Below, piece after piece: positions 20,707 to 29,587 of a stretch of 64,000 nucleotides of DNA (the first letter of the stretch is position 1; the number at the start of each line of letters is the position of its first letter). A model generated the notes under the pieces. The model was given only the letters and a program-made list of their open reading frames with translations. It had not been told where the DNA came from and ran no database searches. A program made the translations under genes and the position numbers. Origin of the DNA: an uncultured Rikenella sp. Its GTDB lineage: Bacteria > Bacteroidota > Bacteroidia > Bacteroidales > VadinHA17. The stretch is from contig CAZHZC010000013.1 in NCBI GenBank assembly GCA_964537135.1, forward strand, positions 2,301 to 66,300, read 5' to 3'.

Positions 20707-21327
20707 ATGACTCCTGATGACCACAACGGCCTGCTGCTCCCGCTGGTAGAGGAGTTTTACTCGGTACAGGGTGAAGGCGCCAATACCGGCAAGGCAGCCT
20801 ACTTTATCAGGGTGGGCGGATGTGATATCTGTTGCAACTGGTGTGACACAAAGTATTCGTGGAACGCTGAGCTACACCCCCTGGTCACTGTGGAGGAGAT
20901 CACTGACAATGTGGTCAGGTCGGGAGCCGTGGCAGCAGTAGTAACCGGCGGTGAGCCGCTCACATGGAATATGGGTCCGCTATGCCGCAGCCTTAAGAGG
21001 CACGGCATCACCACGTTCCTTGAGACCTCAGGGGCTTATCCGCTGACAGGCGAGTGGGACTGGATCACCCTCTCACCCAAGAGAAGTTCACCCCCGCTGC
21101 CTGATATAGTTAAGAGGGCTGATGAGCTGAAGGTGGTCATACAGGATAATTCCGATTTTGAGGAGGCGGAGAAGTACAGCAGGGAGGCAGGTGAGGCGTG
21201 TGTGCTCTATCTGCAGCCCGAATGGAGTCGTTACCGCGAGATGGTGGCAGCCATAACTGAGTATGTCAAAAGGAATACCAGATGGAGGGTGTCACTACAG
21301 GCACAGAAGTTTATGCATATCCCCTAG
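20707..21327 (+). CDS. queE: 7-carboxy-7-deazaguanine synthase (radical SAM)
   Basis: FYSVQGEG, CxxxCxxC (CDICCNWC) then DTKYSW, TGGEP, ETSG, LSPK, LQPEW motifs. Confidence 0.93.
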   Translation: MTPDDHNGLLLPLVEEFYSVQGEGANTGKAAYFIRVGGCDICCNWCDTKYSWNAELHPLVTVEEITDNVVRSGAVAAVVTGGEPLTWNMGPLCRSLKRHGITTFLETSGAYPLTGEWDWITLSPKRSSPPLPDIVKRADELKVVIQDNSDFEEAEKYSREAGEACVLYLQPEWSRYREMVAAITEYVKRNTRWRVSLQAQKFMHIP

Positions 21328-23283
21328 GTGGGCGGCAGAATATCAATAACAGCTATCCTGATCCTGACACTGTCACTGTTGCAGCTGTCGGGTCAGGAGC
21401 TGCATACCCGTTCCAACAGAGCCCTCAAATACTATGATCTCGGTAAGCGCGACTACGAGCTGCTCTATTACAGCAGGGCAGAGAGCAACCTGAAGCTGGC
21501 GGTCAGGGAAGACAGCCGCTTCTATGAGGCTCATATCCTGCTCGGTCAGCTCTATACCGATACAGGTGAGTGGGAGGATGCTGTGACCCATTACCGGGCA
21601 GCAATCACCATCGACTCGCTCTTCTATCCTCCTGCACTCTTCAGCCTTGGCAGGGCTGAGCTTCGTACTGGCGACTACTACTCAGCCTCAATACATCTTG
21701 ATGCATACCTCAAACGACAAGGTAGCAGTGCCAGGCTGAGGAGGGAGGCTGAGAAGATGCTTGCTGACTGCCGGTTTGCCCTCGCCTACCCGGAGAGTGC
21801 CTTTGGTGTTGAACCGGTCAATGCCGGTGACTCGGTAAACAGTGAGCTGGATGAGTACTGGCCCACCGTGACCGGTGACGGCCAGATGCTGATATTCACA
21901 CGTGAGGTGAAACGCTCATCAGGCTATGGCCGCTCATACGGGCATGACAGGCAGGAGGACTTCTATATCAGCAGGTGGAACAGCAACGGCTACTGGGGGC
22001 GTGCACGCAATGCAGGGCCACCACTGAACACTGCAGGAAATGAGGGGGCACAATCAATATCTGCCGATGGCAGGTATATGTACTTCACCGCCTGTGACAG
22101 GAGTGACGGTCATGGCAGCTGTGATATCTACCTCTCTAAATTTGATGGTGTAAGATGGTCGCCGGGAAAGAATATTGGGTCACAGGTGAACACTTCATAC
22201 TGGGAGTCACAACCATCAATCAGCCCAAACGGACGTATGCTCTTCTTTGTCAGCAACCGGCCGGGCGGGCTGGGAGGGATGGATCTGTGGTATTCAGTCA
22301 TGGGCAGTGATGGCACCTGGGGTAATCCGGTCAACCCCGGAAAGAATATCAATACGGCAGGTGATGAGATATCTCCGTTTATCTACTTCAACGGCCGAAC
22401 CCTTTACTTCTCATCCAACGGGCGCGACTCATTCGGCGGATATGATATCTACTACTCAACCATGAACCGCGACTCATCCTGGAGCGTACCTGTCAATCTC
22501 GGCCCGGCAGTGAACACCCCGGCTGATGAGATGGGGCTGGTGATAGAGTCGTCAGGCAGAAGAGCCTATTTCTCGTCGGTACGTGACAAGAGGAGGGGGA
22601 AGGATATCTTCTATATTGACCTGCCACAGGAGATACAGCCTGAACAGGTGCTCTACTTCAAGGGAAGGGTGACCGACAAGGCTTCCAGCCAGCCTATTAT
22701 GGCCAGGTATGAGCTCACTGACCTTACCAGCAGAACGGAGGTGATAACTGATGAAACCGACAGTAACGGTGAATTCTTTGTATGCCTGCCGGAGGGGAGC
22801 AGCTATGGCCTCAATGTGACTGCTGCAGGATATATGATCTTCTCCGAGAATTTTGATTTTGCCGGCGGGTACAGCTCGGCCGAACCCTATCAAAAGATAA
22901 TTGCACTGAACCGGGTACGCGAAGGTGAGTTTATGAGGATGTATAACGTCTTCTATGACCATGACTCATCGGAGCTGCTGGAGACATCAATCCCTGAGCT
23001 GGAGCTGCTGCTTGAGTTCCTCACCATTAACAATACGGTGGTGATAGAGGTGGGAGGCCATACCGACTCTGACGGTACGGATGAGTACAACCAGAGGCTC
23101 TCCGAGAGAAGGGCCGCCTCCGTCAGGGAGTACCTGGTCAAGAGAGGTATAGAGAGCAGGCGTATCTTCTCACACGGCTATGGCGAGTCAGAGCCGGTGG
23201 CTGACAATGTGACCGAGGCAGGCAAACGCCTCAACAGACGTACCGAAATCACCATACTGTCAGAAGGTACCACCAAAAAATAG
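21328..23283 (+). CDS. TPR + PD40 beta-propeller + OmpA-like peptidoglycan-binding protein (PorE-like architecture)
   Basis: N-terminal TPRs; repeated INT..DE..P / DIY.S PD40 units; GHTDSDG..YN..LS..RA OmpA motif. Confidence 0.9.
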   Translation: MGGRISITAILILTLSLLQLSGQELHTRSNRALKYYDLGKRDYELLYYSRAESNLKLAVREDSRFYEAHILLGQLYTDTGEWEDAVTHYRAAITIDSLFYPPALFSLGRAELRTGDYYSASIHLDAYLKRQGSSARLRREAEKMLADCRFALAYPESAFGVEPVNAGDSVNSELDEYWPTVTGDGQMLIFTREVKRSSGYGRSYGHDRQEDFYISRWNSNGYWGRARNAGPPLNTAGNEGAQSISADGRYMYFTACDRSDGHGSCDIYLSKFDGVRWSPGKNIGSQVNTSYWESQPSISPNGRMLFFVSNRPGGLGGMDLWYSVMGSDGTWGNPVNPGKNINTAGDEISPFIYFNGRTLYFSSNGRDSFGGYDIYYSTMNRDSSWSVPVNLGPAVNTPADEMGLVIESSGRRAYFSSVRDKRRGKDIFYIDLPQEIQPEQVLYFKGRVTDKASSQPIMARYELTDLTSRTEVITDETDSNGEFFVCLPEGSSYGLNVTAAGYMIFSENFDFAGGYSSAEPYQKIIALNRVREGEFMRMYNVFYDHDSSELLETSIPELELLLEFLTINNTVVIEVGGHTDSDGTDEYNQRLSERRAASVREYLVKRGIESRRIFSHGYGESEPVADNVTEAGKRLNRRTEITILSEGTTKK

Positions 23284-23355
23284 AGCTAGGGCTGACCCAT
23301 AAGATCAGCCCTAGACATTCTTTTAACAGACAGATAGATAACTATCTCAAAAAAA

Positions 23356-24177
23356 TCAAATTGCCACCCGATCCTCTGATGAGGTGCCGGACAGTATCTT
23401 ATACCCTGAACACTCCTTAACCGGTAGTGAGACAAACACTGATGTGGCCTTGCCATCATCTGACTCAACCCTGATGGTACCCTCCATAGTGGAGATAAGA
23501 TTTCTGGCCAGGATTAAATTCATAGCGGAATAGGTATCCTGACTGTCGGATTGTCGGATTTCAGGATTGTCGGAAAGCAGCAGGTCTCTGCTTTTTGAAT
23601 AACCCTGGCCAGAATCTTTTACATACATTGTAATTATCTCATCACCGTAGGTGCACCCAACCTTAATAAACCCTGAAAAAGTGTGGTTGAGCGCATTCCT
23701 GAACAGATTGCTGACAATACGTGTCAGCCGTGCCGGATCAAGCTTCAGTATCAGCTTCTCAGGCAGATTGTCCTCATGAATGAGAACGACACTGTCGTGT
23801 CCCTTTTTCCCCATGTAAACCCTGAAATCTGAGGTTAGTGACTCGAACAGTGATGTTATATCAGTCTCACGGAGTTTCTCGCCTCCTCCGTTAACTGTTT
23901 TCAGTATTGCAGTATCAAAGTAGTTTTCAAACAGCCCTATCAGTTGTTCACATGATCGTATGATATGGTCACTGAACTCTCTTCTCTCTGCGTCAGTGAA
24001 CCGTTCATTGCCAATCAGGTGTGAGAACGCCATTATTGAGTTCATCTGGGTTCTGATCTCATGTGATACCCCAGCTATTATCTCCGGGTTGTTAATCATT
24101 CTGTCAAGCTTTTTACGCCCGGCTCTCCCTGCCTCACCTGTCTCCTTCATGAGGGCATTGCGAAGGATCTCGAACAT
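23356..24177 (-). CDS. Sensorless HisKA/HATPase histidine-kinase-like protein with degenerate G2 box
   Basis: H-box VSHEIRT, N-box SNLFRNA, G1 DSGQG; expected GLGL replaced by AMNL; no TM or sensor domain. Confidence 0.8.
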   Translation of the reverse strand: MFEILRNALMKETGEAGRAGRKKLDRMINNPEIIAGVSHEIRTQMNSIMAFSHLIGNERFTDAERREFSDHIIRSCEQLIGLFENYFDTAILKTVNGGGEKLRETDITSLFESLTSDFRVYMGKKGHDSVVLIHEDNLPEKLILKLDPARLTRIVSNLFRNALNHTFSGFIKVGCTYGDEIITMYVKDSGQGYSKSRDLLLSDNPEIRQSDSQDTYSAMNLILARNLISTMEGTIRVESDDGKATSVFVSLPVKECSGYKILSGTSSEDRVAI

Positions 24178-24289
24178 ATGATTACCTGTTTAATTACACT
24201 TTCTTCTTCAGCCTGCAGCTTACTCAGCTTACTCTTGCCAAACTCTGCGCTTCGTTGAGCTCTGTTTTGTACTACATTATAGCTCTGAC

Positions 24290-25039
24290 CTACCTCATCC
24301 TGCGGGCCAGCCGTGCCGCCTTTTTTGCGTAGCGGCTTCCCGAGGCAGCTATCGCTTCGAACTGGGTGACAGCCTTCTCCCTGTTATCGGTCATCATATA
24401 GCAGAGTCCCAGATACCATGAAGCATCTTCGAGGTAGAGGTTATCATTGTGATCAATCACACTACGGAATGATCCGCTGGCCTGCTGGTAATTCTTTATC
24501 TCCATATTGGCCATCCCGTGCATGAACACCGGTTCCATCTCCTTCTGCCCCTTGTCTATCAGCTGCTCCAGGCAGACTATTGCCTTCTCATACTCCCTGG
24601 CATTGTAGGAGGCCATGGCATCCTGCATCAGTGTATTGTCAGTGGTCTCTGCCGATCTCACTGCTCCCTGCAGCTCATACCGTGCATAGTTGGCCAGCAG
24701 CAGCTCTTCCGGTGATGAGCCGGGCCTCATAATAAGGTACAGGGCTGCCGTCACCAGCGCTGCGACAGCTACTGCCGCCGCATACCTGCCGGCGCGCACG
24801 AGGCCCCGCCGTACTCTCTCTGCCGAGCGTTTTTTACTGTCAAGGTGTATAAGCTTCCTGCGCAGCTCAAGCAGACCGCTGTCTGCCAGTATCTCATCAC
24901 TCTTCTGCCTCAGGGCAGCCTCACGTTCAGCCGACAACGAATCATTTGTCAAATCAGTGAGCCATGAGTTAACCGCCCTGCCGGGTTTACCTGCAAGGTG
25001 CTGGTAGTCCGGGTTGTTTGCGTTATTCCTTTTCATCAT
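24290..25039 (-). CDS. Single-pass membrane TPR protein, putative anti-sigma factor
   Basis: About 85-aa basic N-terminus, TM helix RYAAAVAVAALVTAALYLIM, C-terminal TPR-like repeats (Y...EYEKAI..L, A.WYLGLCY); close to CHAT and ECF sigma genes. Confidence 0.7.
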   Translation of the reverse strand: MMKRNNANNPDYQHLAGKPGRAVNSWLTDLTNDSLSAEREAALRQKSDEILADSGLLELRRKLIHLDSKKRSAERVRRGLVRAGRYAAAVAVAALVTAALYLIMRPGSSPEELLLANYARYELQGAVRSAETTDNTLMQDAMASYNAREYEKAIVCLEQLIDKGQKEMEPVFMHGMANMEIKNYQQASGSFRSVIDHNDNLYLEDASWYLGLCYMMTDNREKAVTQFEAIAASGSRYAKKAARLARRMR

Positions 25040-25133
25040 ATTGTGTTTTACACAGTTAATATCCGTTCAACTCTCTGTTGTGTGCCACCTGGTGGAGAGA
25101 GCCGGCAACAATGCCCCTCTCCCTGCCAGCAGC

Positions 25134-25196
25134 TCAATATATCACTCTTCCCCAGCCCAATATCACTCCCCCCGGCCCAATATCACTCCCCGCTGC
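25134..25196. repeat. 20-nt tandem repeat, 2 near-perfect plus 1 degenerate copy (CCCAATATCACTCCCC)
   Basis: Identical 16-mers at 25156-25171 and 25176-25191; degenerate copy at 25134-25153. Confidence 0.85.
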
Positions 25197-25512
25197 TCTG
25201 CGTCATTTTCCTCTGTCACCGGACCATGCACCAGTAAAATTCTGGTAACATGCCAGTTCCTTCCACCTGCCGGTTTTTCCGTAGCTCAGCCACCACACCC
25301 TTTGCCGGTATCACTGCGTACCGCACCTCTCCGGGAGTATGGCCCCGGCTCTCTCTTCCGGGCCCTTCACCCGCTATGGGTTATGGCGTGGCTCTCTCTA
25401 CTGCCACTCTTCCCCCGTTTCCCGGATCACCCGGTAAGGCCTGTGCAGCCCTTTACCACCGGGTATAGCTTAAGACTGGCCCAGCCAGCCTTCGCTATGA
25501 ACAGATATCAGA

Positions 25513-25659
25513 TCAGATCTCAATAATTATCGGAGGCAGGGTCGGACCTATAGGGCCACCCGGGATTGGCTTGGTACCGCCACGAAGGTTAATCATCTCT
25601 TCATTTGAAAGAACAAACTCAGCAAGCTTTTCAATTTTCAGGGTTTCCATCTTTTTCAT
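25513..25659 (-). CDS. 48-aa double-glycine-leader peptide precursor, MKKMETLKIEKLAEFVLSNEEMINLRGG|TKPIPGGPIGPTLPPIIIEI (not in the ORF track)
   Basis: Hand-translated ATG 25659 to TGA 25513-25515. Leader fits L(-12)S-x-x-E-hydrophobic(-7)-x-x-hydrophobic(-4)-x-GG. AT-rich upstream region; C39 exporter 4 kb away. Confidence 0.85.
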   Translation of the reverse strand: MKKMETLKIEKLAEFVLSNEEMINLRGGTKPIPGGPIGPTLPPIIIEI

Positions 25660-25697
25660 AATTAATTAATAAATCAGGGTTTAATTGCGTTTACATC

Positions 25698-25730
25698 AAT
25701 ACGTACCCAAAAGGGGCGTTTTGTGACACA
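25698..25730 (-). promoter_or_regulatory. Candidate ECF-type promoter for the peptide gene (TGTGTCACA-N18-CGTATT)
   Basis: Bipartite motif resembling ECF -35/-10 elements, ending 38 nt upstream of the ATG; no TAnnTTTG box seen close to the start. Confidence 0.45.
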
Positions 25731-25824
25731 AAAAAACGAACTATTTTTAATTTAATTTATATTATGCTCATTAACTGCTACATACAATTACTCTTTTGTG
25801 ACTGTTTAAGAGTCTGATCTTTTA

Positions 25825-25832
25825 TATTTTTG
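25825..25832 (+). promoter_or_regulatory. -7 promoter box (TATTTTTG) for the CHAT gene
   Basis: TAnnTTTG, 27 nt upstream of ATG 25860. Confidence 0.55.
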
Positions 25833-25859
25833 CAGTCTGAAGCTAGAAGAACCACTTTG

Positions 25860-28800
25860 ATGAGTCAGAAGAGAGCCATACTGACCCTGATTTTTATTGT
25901 CTGCTGCCAATTTGTTGTCATGACGGAAGCGCCGGCGAAGGGAGCTGTTGACGGTCAGGTTACGGACCTTATAAGACTGCGTCAGCTGACCGACACCCTC
26001 TCAGGTATCCTTGAAGGGGGCAGAACCGAAAGTGACCCGGCGGCCTGTGTGACCGAGATCGAAAGAATATTGTTGACGGGTACCGTTACCGATACACTGG
26101 CCCTATCGGACGCTTTCTACTATACCGGCATTCACCATTTTCAGTCCAACAGATTCTCCAGTGCCTCCAAATCCTTCGCCCGATCGCTACGGTTCCGTGA
26201 AGCTCTCAGTCTGACAGACCGCCGCTATTCAACCGGCTACAGCAATCTGGCGGCATCACTGGCCAGGGAGGGCGACTATGAAGCTGCCCGTCAGGCAGGA
26301 ATCAGGGCGCTGGAGGTGAGGAGGCTCACCTCCGGATCCGACTCATCGGGTCTGGCTAATACCTATCTCAACCTGGCCAGTATATCGTCACAGCTGAATG
26401 ATAATGAACAGGCGATTGTGATGGCTGAGGCCGGACTGGAAATTGCACGTCTCTTCCCGCGAAAGGTCAGTGAGAAGGTGGTTGCCGACCTGTACCATGT
26501 AATAGGTCTGAGTCTGTATAATATAAATGAATACAACAAGTCACTTGCCTACTGCCGGCAGGCCCTCACCATTTACGATCGTCAGCAGGATGCCGGCATC
26601 GATTCGCGGATACTGATTCACAACACCATAGCCCTGATCTACCAGGCTGTGGGTCAGCCCGGTGAGAGTGAACACTATCTGCGTCGCGGGCTGGCCATAG
26701 AGGATGGGGCTGAAACACAGGACAAGTACCTTCTCTATCTGAATTATGCACGACTGCTTGAGGAGATGGGGAGGGTTGATGAGGGTGAGAGGCTTCTTGA
26801 GAGAGGGGTTGAGCAGGCGAGCCGCAGCTTTGGGGGAGCCAGCCGGCAATACTTCACAATGCTTGTAGGCCTGGCAGCCTTTGTTGATCAGAGCCTGCAT
26901 GACCATGTACGCTCACTGGCTCTCTATGACAGCTGCTTCTCATATGTACGCCATAACCCGTGGGACCATATAATGCGAAAGTTTGTCACGGCAGCCTATG
27001 CCACCGCACTCTACTCAGCCGGCAGGTATAAGGAGCTGCTGGAGGTGACTGAGGAGGAGGCTGCACTGCCACAGGCATCATACGAGTGGAGATACAACAG
27101 GACAGCAGACAGTAGAGCTACAGACAGAAGTGTTGCAGATGGCAGGGCTACAGATGGGAGAGTTGCAGATGGCAGAGCTGCGGACAGAAGAGTTGCAGAT
27201 GGCAGGGCTACTGATGAATGGGTTACAGACGGCATGACAGGCGAAAATGGCAGGATCTCAGCCAGTGACCTGGCAATACTGAACCTGAGATATGCCTCGC
27301 TCAATGCTCTGTCAGCCAGCAGCAGTGACACCCTGCTCATCAGGAAGGCCATCGCCACAGGCCGTCAGCTCACCTCAATCTATGATCGTCGCAGGCTGGA
27401 GATGACTGATGATGAGAGTCGTACCAATCTGAGCTCCTCATCAAGGGATGTCTATACCGGCCTGGTAGGCAACTATGCCGCCCTTTACAATGAGGGTGCT
27501 GCCCCGGGGCTGGTCAGTGCCTTTTTTGAGTTCACAGAGAGAAGCAAGATGGCGGGATTTCTCTCTTCCATACGTGAGGTTAATGCTGCCCGCTTCTCAC
27601 TGCCAGTGGAGCTGGTCACGCTCGACGCCACCATACGCAGCCAGACAGGGCTCTATCGTGAGCTGATAGCGAGGGAAGAGATCAGGGCAGCACCCGACAC
27701 ACAACGGCTGGCTACATGGGAAGGACTGATATTCAGGCTGGTCAGGTCTCGTGACTCACTGATACGTCTCTTTGAGGAGGAGTATCCGGCCTACTACAAC
27801 CTGAAATACAGAAGTGAGGTGACCCCCTCTACAAACATAACGAGGGTGATAGGGCGCCACTCAAACCTACTCAGCTATGTGCTGACCGAGACGAAGCTCT
27901 ACACCTTTGTGGCCAACCAGAGACACCAGGAGATCATCACCCATGATATTGACAGCTCCTTTATAGCATCACTCTACCGGTTTCGTGAGCTGCTAACCAC
28001 CATGCCACGTACCAGTGATACCCGTGCCCCCTTCAATGAATATATGGATCTGGCCTACAGCCTTTACCGTGTGCTCCTTGAGCCGGCCCTGCCTTATCTC
28101 AGGGGTGACAAGATTGTTATCTCTCCTGACAATATTCTCTCATATATCCCTTTTGAGGCGCTGGTTACCGAGGAGTTTCGCAGCCAGGAGATGCTCTACC
28201 GTGATGCGCCCTTCGCACTGAAGAGATTCCGCTTCTCATATATCTATAGCGTTACCCTCTCATCGGAGACGATGGAGAGGAGCAGGAGGTTCAATAACCG
28301 GGTAGCTGCATTCGCACCCTCATATTCAGCGATGGAGATTGCTGACTCACTGCTGGTATCATGGCCCACCCTGCGGAGCAATATAAGAGAGCTGCCCTAC
28401 GCCCTGCTGGAGGCAGAAGATGTGGTGAGGCAGTGTGGCGGCACAGCCTTCCTGGGAGAGGAGGCGGGTGAAGAGAGATTCAAGCGGGAGGCGGCAGGCT
28501 ACAAAATAATACACCTGGCAACCCATGCCCTGGTTGATGACCGGCAGCCGGCATTCTCAAAGATACTGTTTGCCGGAGGTGACAAGAGCGAAGATGGTAT
28601 GCTCAATACCTATGAGATATACAGCATGCACCTCAATGCCATGCTGGTGGTACTCAGCTCATGCAATACCGGTGTGGGGAGGCTGGTCAGTGGTGAGGGG
28701 ATACTGAGCCTCGCCCGCGGATTCCTCTATGCCGGCAGCCGCTCGGTGGTGATGTCAATGTGGGAGGTGGAGGATGTGTCTGCCTCGTTGGTAACACACT

Positions 28801-29042
28801 CATTTTACAGGAATATGAGGGCGGGGCAGACCAAGAGTGCGGCACTGCGCAGTGCCAGGCTACGCTTCCTGCGGGAGGCAGACCAGACCCGGTCACACCC
28901 CTACTACTGGGCAACACTGGTAATCTATGGTGATGACACACCACTGTGGTATAACCATATCACTCTTTACCTGTCACTGCTGGGGGTGCTGGCTGCCGGC
29001 ACGGTACTTATGGCTCTCTATTACAGAGGGCCAAGGTCATGA
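25860..29042 (+). CDS. TPR-CHAT (caspase-like, peptidase C14 clan) protease with signal peptide and C-terminal TM anchor
   Basis: N-terminal hydrophobic signal; TPR repeats; ISPDNILSYIPFEAL; catalytic His in IIHLATHA and Cys in VVLSSCNT; SMWEVED and HPYYWA motifs; C-terminal LYLSLLGVLAAGTVLMALYY. Confidence 0.93.
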   Translation: MSQKRAILTLIFIVCCQFVVMTEAPAKGAVDGQVTDLIRLRQLTDTLSGILEGGRTESDPAACVTEIERILLTGTVTDTLALSDAFYYTGIHHFQSNRFSSASKSFARSLRFREALSLTDRRYSTGYSNLAASLAREGDYEAARQAGIRALEVRRLTSGSDSSGLANTYLNLASISSQLNDNEQAIVMAEAGLEIARLFPRKVSEKVVADLYHVIGLSLYNINEYNKSLAYCRQALTIYDRQQDAGIDSRILIHNTIALIYQAVGQPGESEHYLRRGLAIEDGAETQDKYLLYLNYARLLEEMGRVDEGERLLERGVEQASRSFGGASRQYFTMLVGLAAFVDQSLHDHVRSLALYDSCFSYVRHNPWDHIMRKFVTAAYATALYSAGRYKELLEVTEEEAALPQASYEWRYNRTADSRATDRSVADGRATDGRVADGRAADRRVADGRATDEWVTDGMTGENGRISASDLAILNLRYASLNALSASSSDTLLIRKAIATGRQLTSIYDRRRLEMTDDESRTNLSSSSRDVYTGLVGNYAALYNEGAAPGLVSAFFEFTERSKMAGFLSSIREVNAARFSLPVELVTLDATIRSQTGLYRELIAREEIRAAPDTQRLATWEGLIFRLVRSRDSLIRLFEEEYPAYYNLKYRSEVTPSTNITRVIGRHSNLLSYVLTETKLYTFVANQRHQEIITHDIDSSFIASLYRFRELLTTMPRTSDTRAPFNEYMDLAYSLYRVLLEPALPYLRGDKIVISPDNILSYIPFEALVTEEFRSQEMLYRDAPFALKRFRFSYIYSVTLSSETMERSRRFNNRVAAFAPSYSAMEIADSLLVSWPTLRSNIRELPYALLEAEDVVRQCGGTAFLGEEAGEERFKREAAGYKIIHLATHALVDDRQPAFSKILFAGGDKSEDGMLNTYEIYSMHLNAMLVVLSSCNTGVGRLVSGEGILSLARGFLYAGSRSVVMSMWEVEDVSASLVTHSFYRNMRAGQTKSAALRSARLRFLREADQTRSHPYYWATLVIYGDDTPLWYNHITLYLSLLGVLAAGTVLMALYYRGPRS
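27105..27254 (+). repeat. In-frame 30-nt (10-aa) tandem repeat inside the CHAT gene
   Basis: Units start at 27105, 27135, 27165, 27195, 27225: ADSRATDRSV / ADGRATDGRV / ADGRAADRRV / ADGRATDEWV / TDGMTGENGR. Confidence 0.9.
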
Positions 29043-29587
29043 TATTCGGGATCTGTCCTGATGATCTCCATCAGAGCCTCCTTGCACAGATATTTTTTAC
29101 GGCGGGCATAAGCCTCACTGCCGAGATTCATGCGGCGGGCAATCTCTTCGTAGGTGTGTCCTTCACTGAACAGGTTTAGAATCATCTGGCAGTCAGCCTT
29201 CAACAGCGCAAATGAACGCATCACTATGCGCTCCATGATAGCCTGGCTGATAAGGTCATCATCACGTGAGTCGACCGGCTCAGAGATGATCGGTTCAAGC
29301 TTCGAACGGTGTTGAAGCAGCTTGGTCCAGACAATACGTGCCATACCAAAGAAGTAACCTTTAAGGTCACCGGCTACCTGCAGTCTTCCGCCGGTCACCT
29401 TACGGTAGAAAAATACAATCGTCTCCTGAAACACCTCATGCACATCATCATCTGTGGCACCATTTTTCAGGAGATAGTCACGTACCATACCGAACCAGTT
29501 ATCATAGAGGTATGAAAGGATGCGGTTGTCCTGCCTCCTTATCCCATCAATGATGTCAGAATCCGAATACTTTCTGAATAAGCCCAA
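29021..29587 (-). CDS. ECF (sigma-70 group 4) RNA polymerase sigma factor
   Basis: Region 2 (DDVHEVFQETIV, GYFFGMARIVW) and region 4 (CQMILNLF.EGHTYEEIA..M); TTG start; TATATTTG box at 29605-29612; overlaps the CHAT 3' end by 22 nt (convergent). Confidence 0.9.
   Translation of the reverse strand: MGLFRKYSDSDIIDGIRRQDNRILSYLYDNWFGMVRDYLLKNGATDDDVHEVFQETIVFFYRKVTGGRLQVAGDLKGYFFGMARIVWTKLLQHRSKLEPIISEPVDSRDDDLISQAIMERIVMRSFALLKADCQMILNLFSEGHTYEEIARRMNLGSEAYARRKKYLCKEALMEIIRTDPEYHDLGPL

Noticed and set aside
20707-21327. Radical SAM enzyme as a maturase for the GG-leader peptide
   Set aside because: It carries QueE motifs, is ~200 aa with no SPASM or RRE domain, and sits in a separate housekeeping operon.
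25014-25526. 170-aa plus-strand ORF in the CHAT-locus spacer
   Set aside because: Pro/Ser-rich low-complexity translation of repeats and hairpins, TTG start inside the antisense TPR gene, no motif. The credible small gene here is 25513..25659 (minus).
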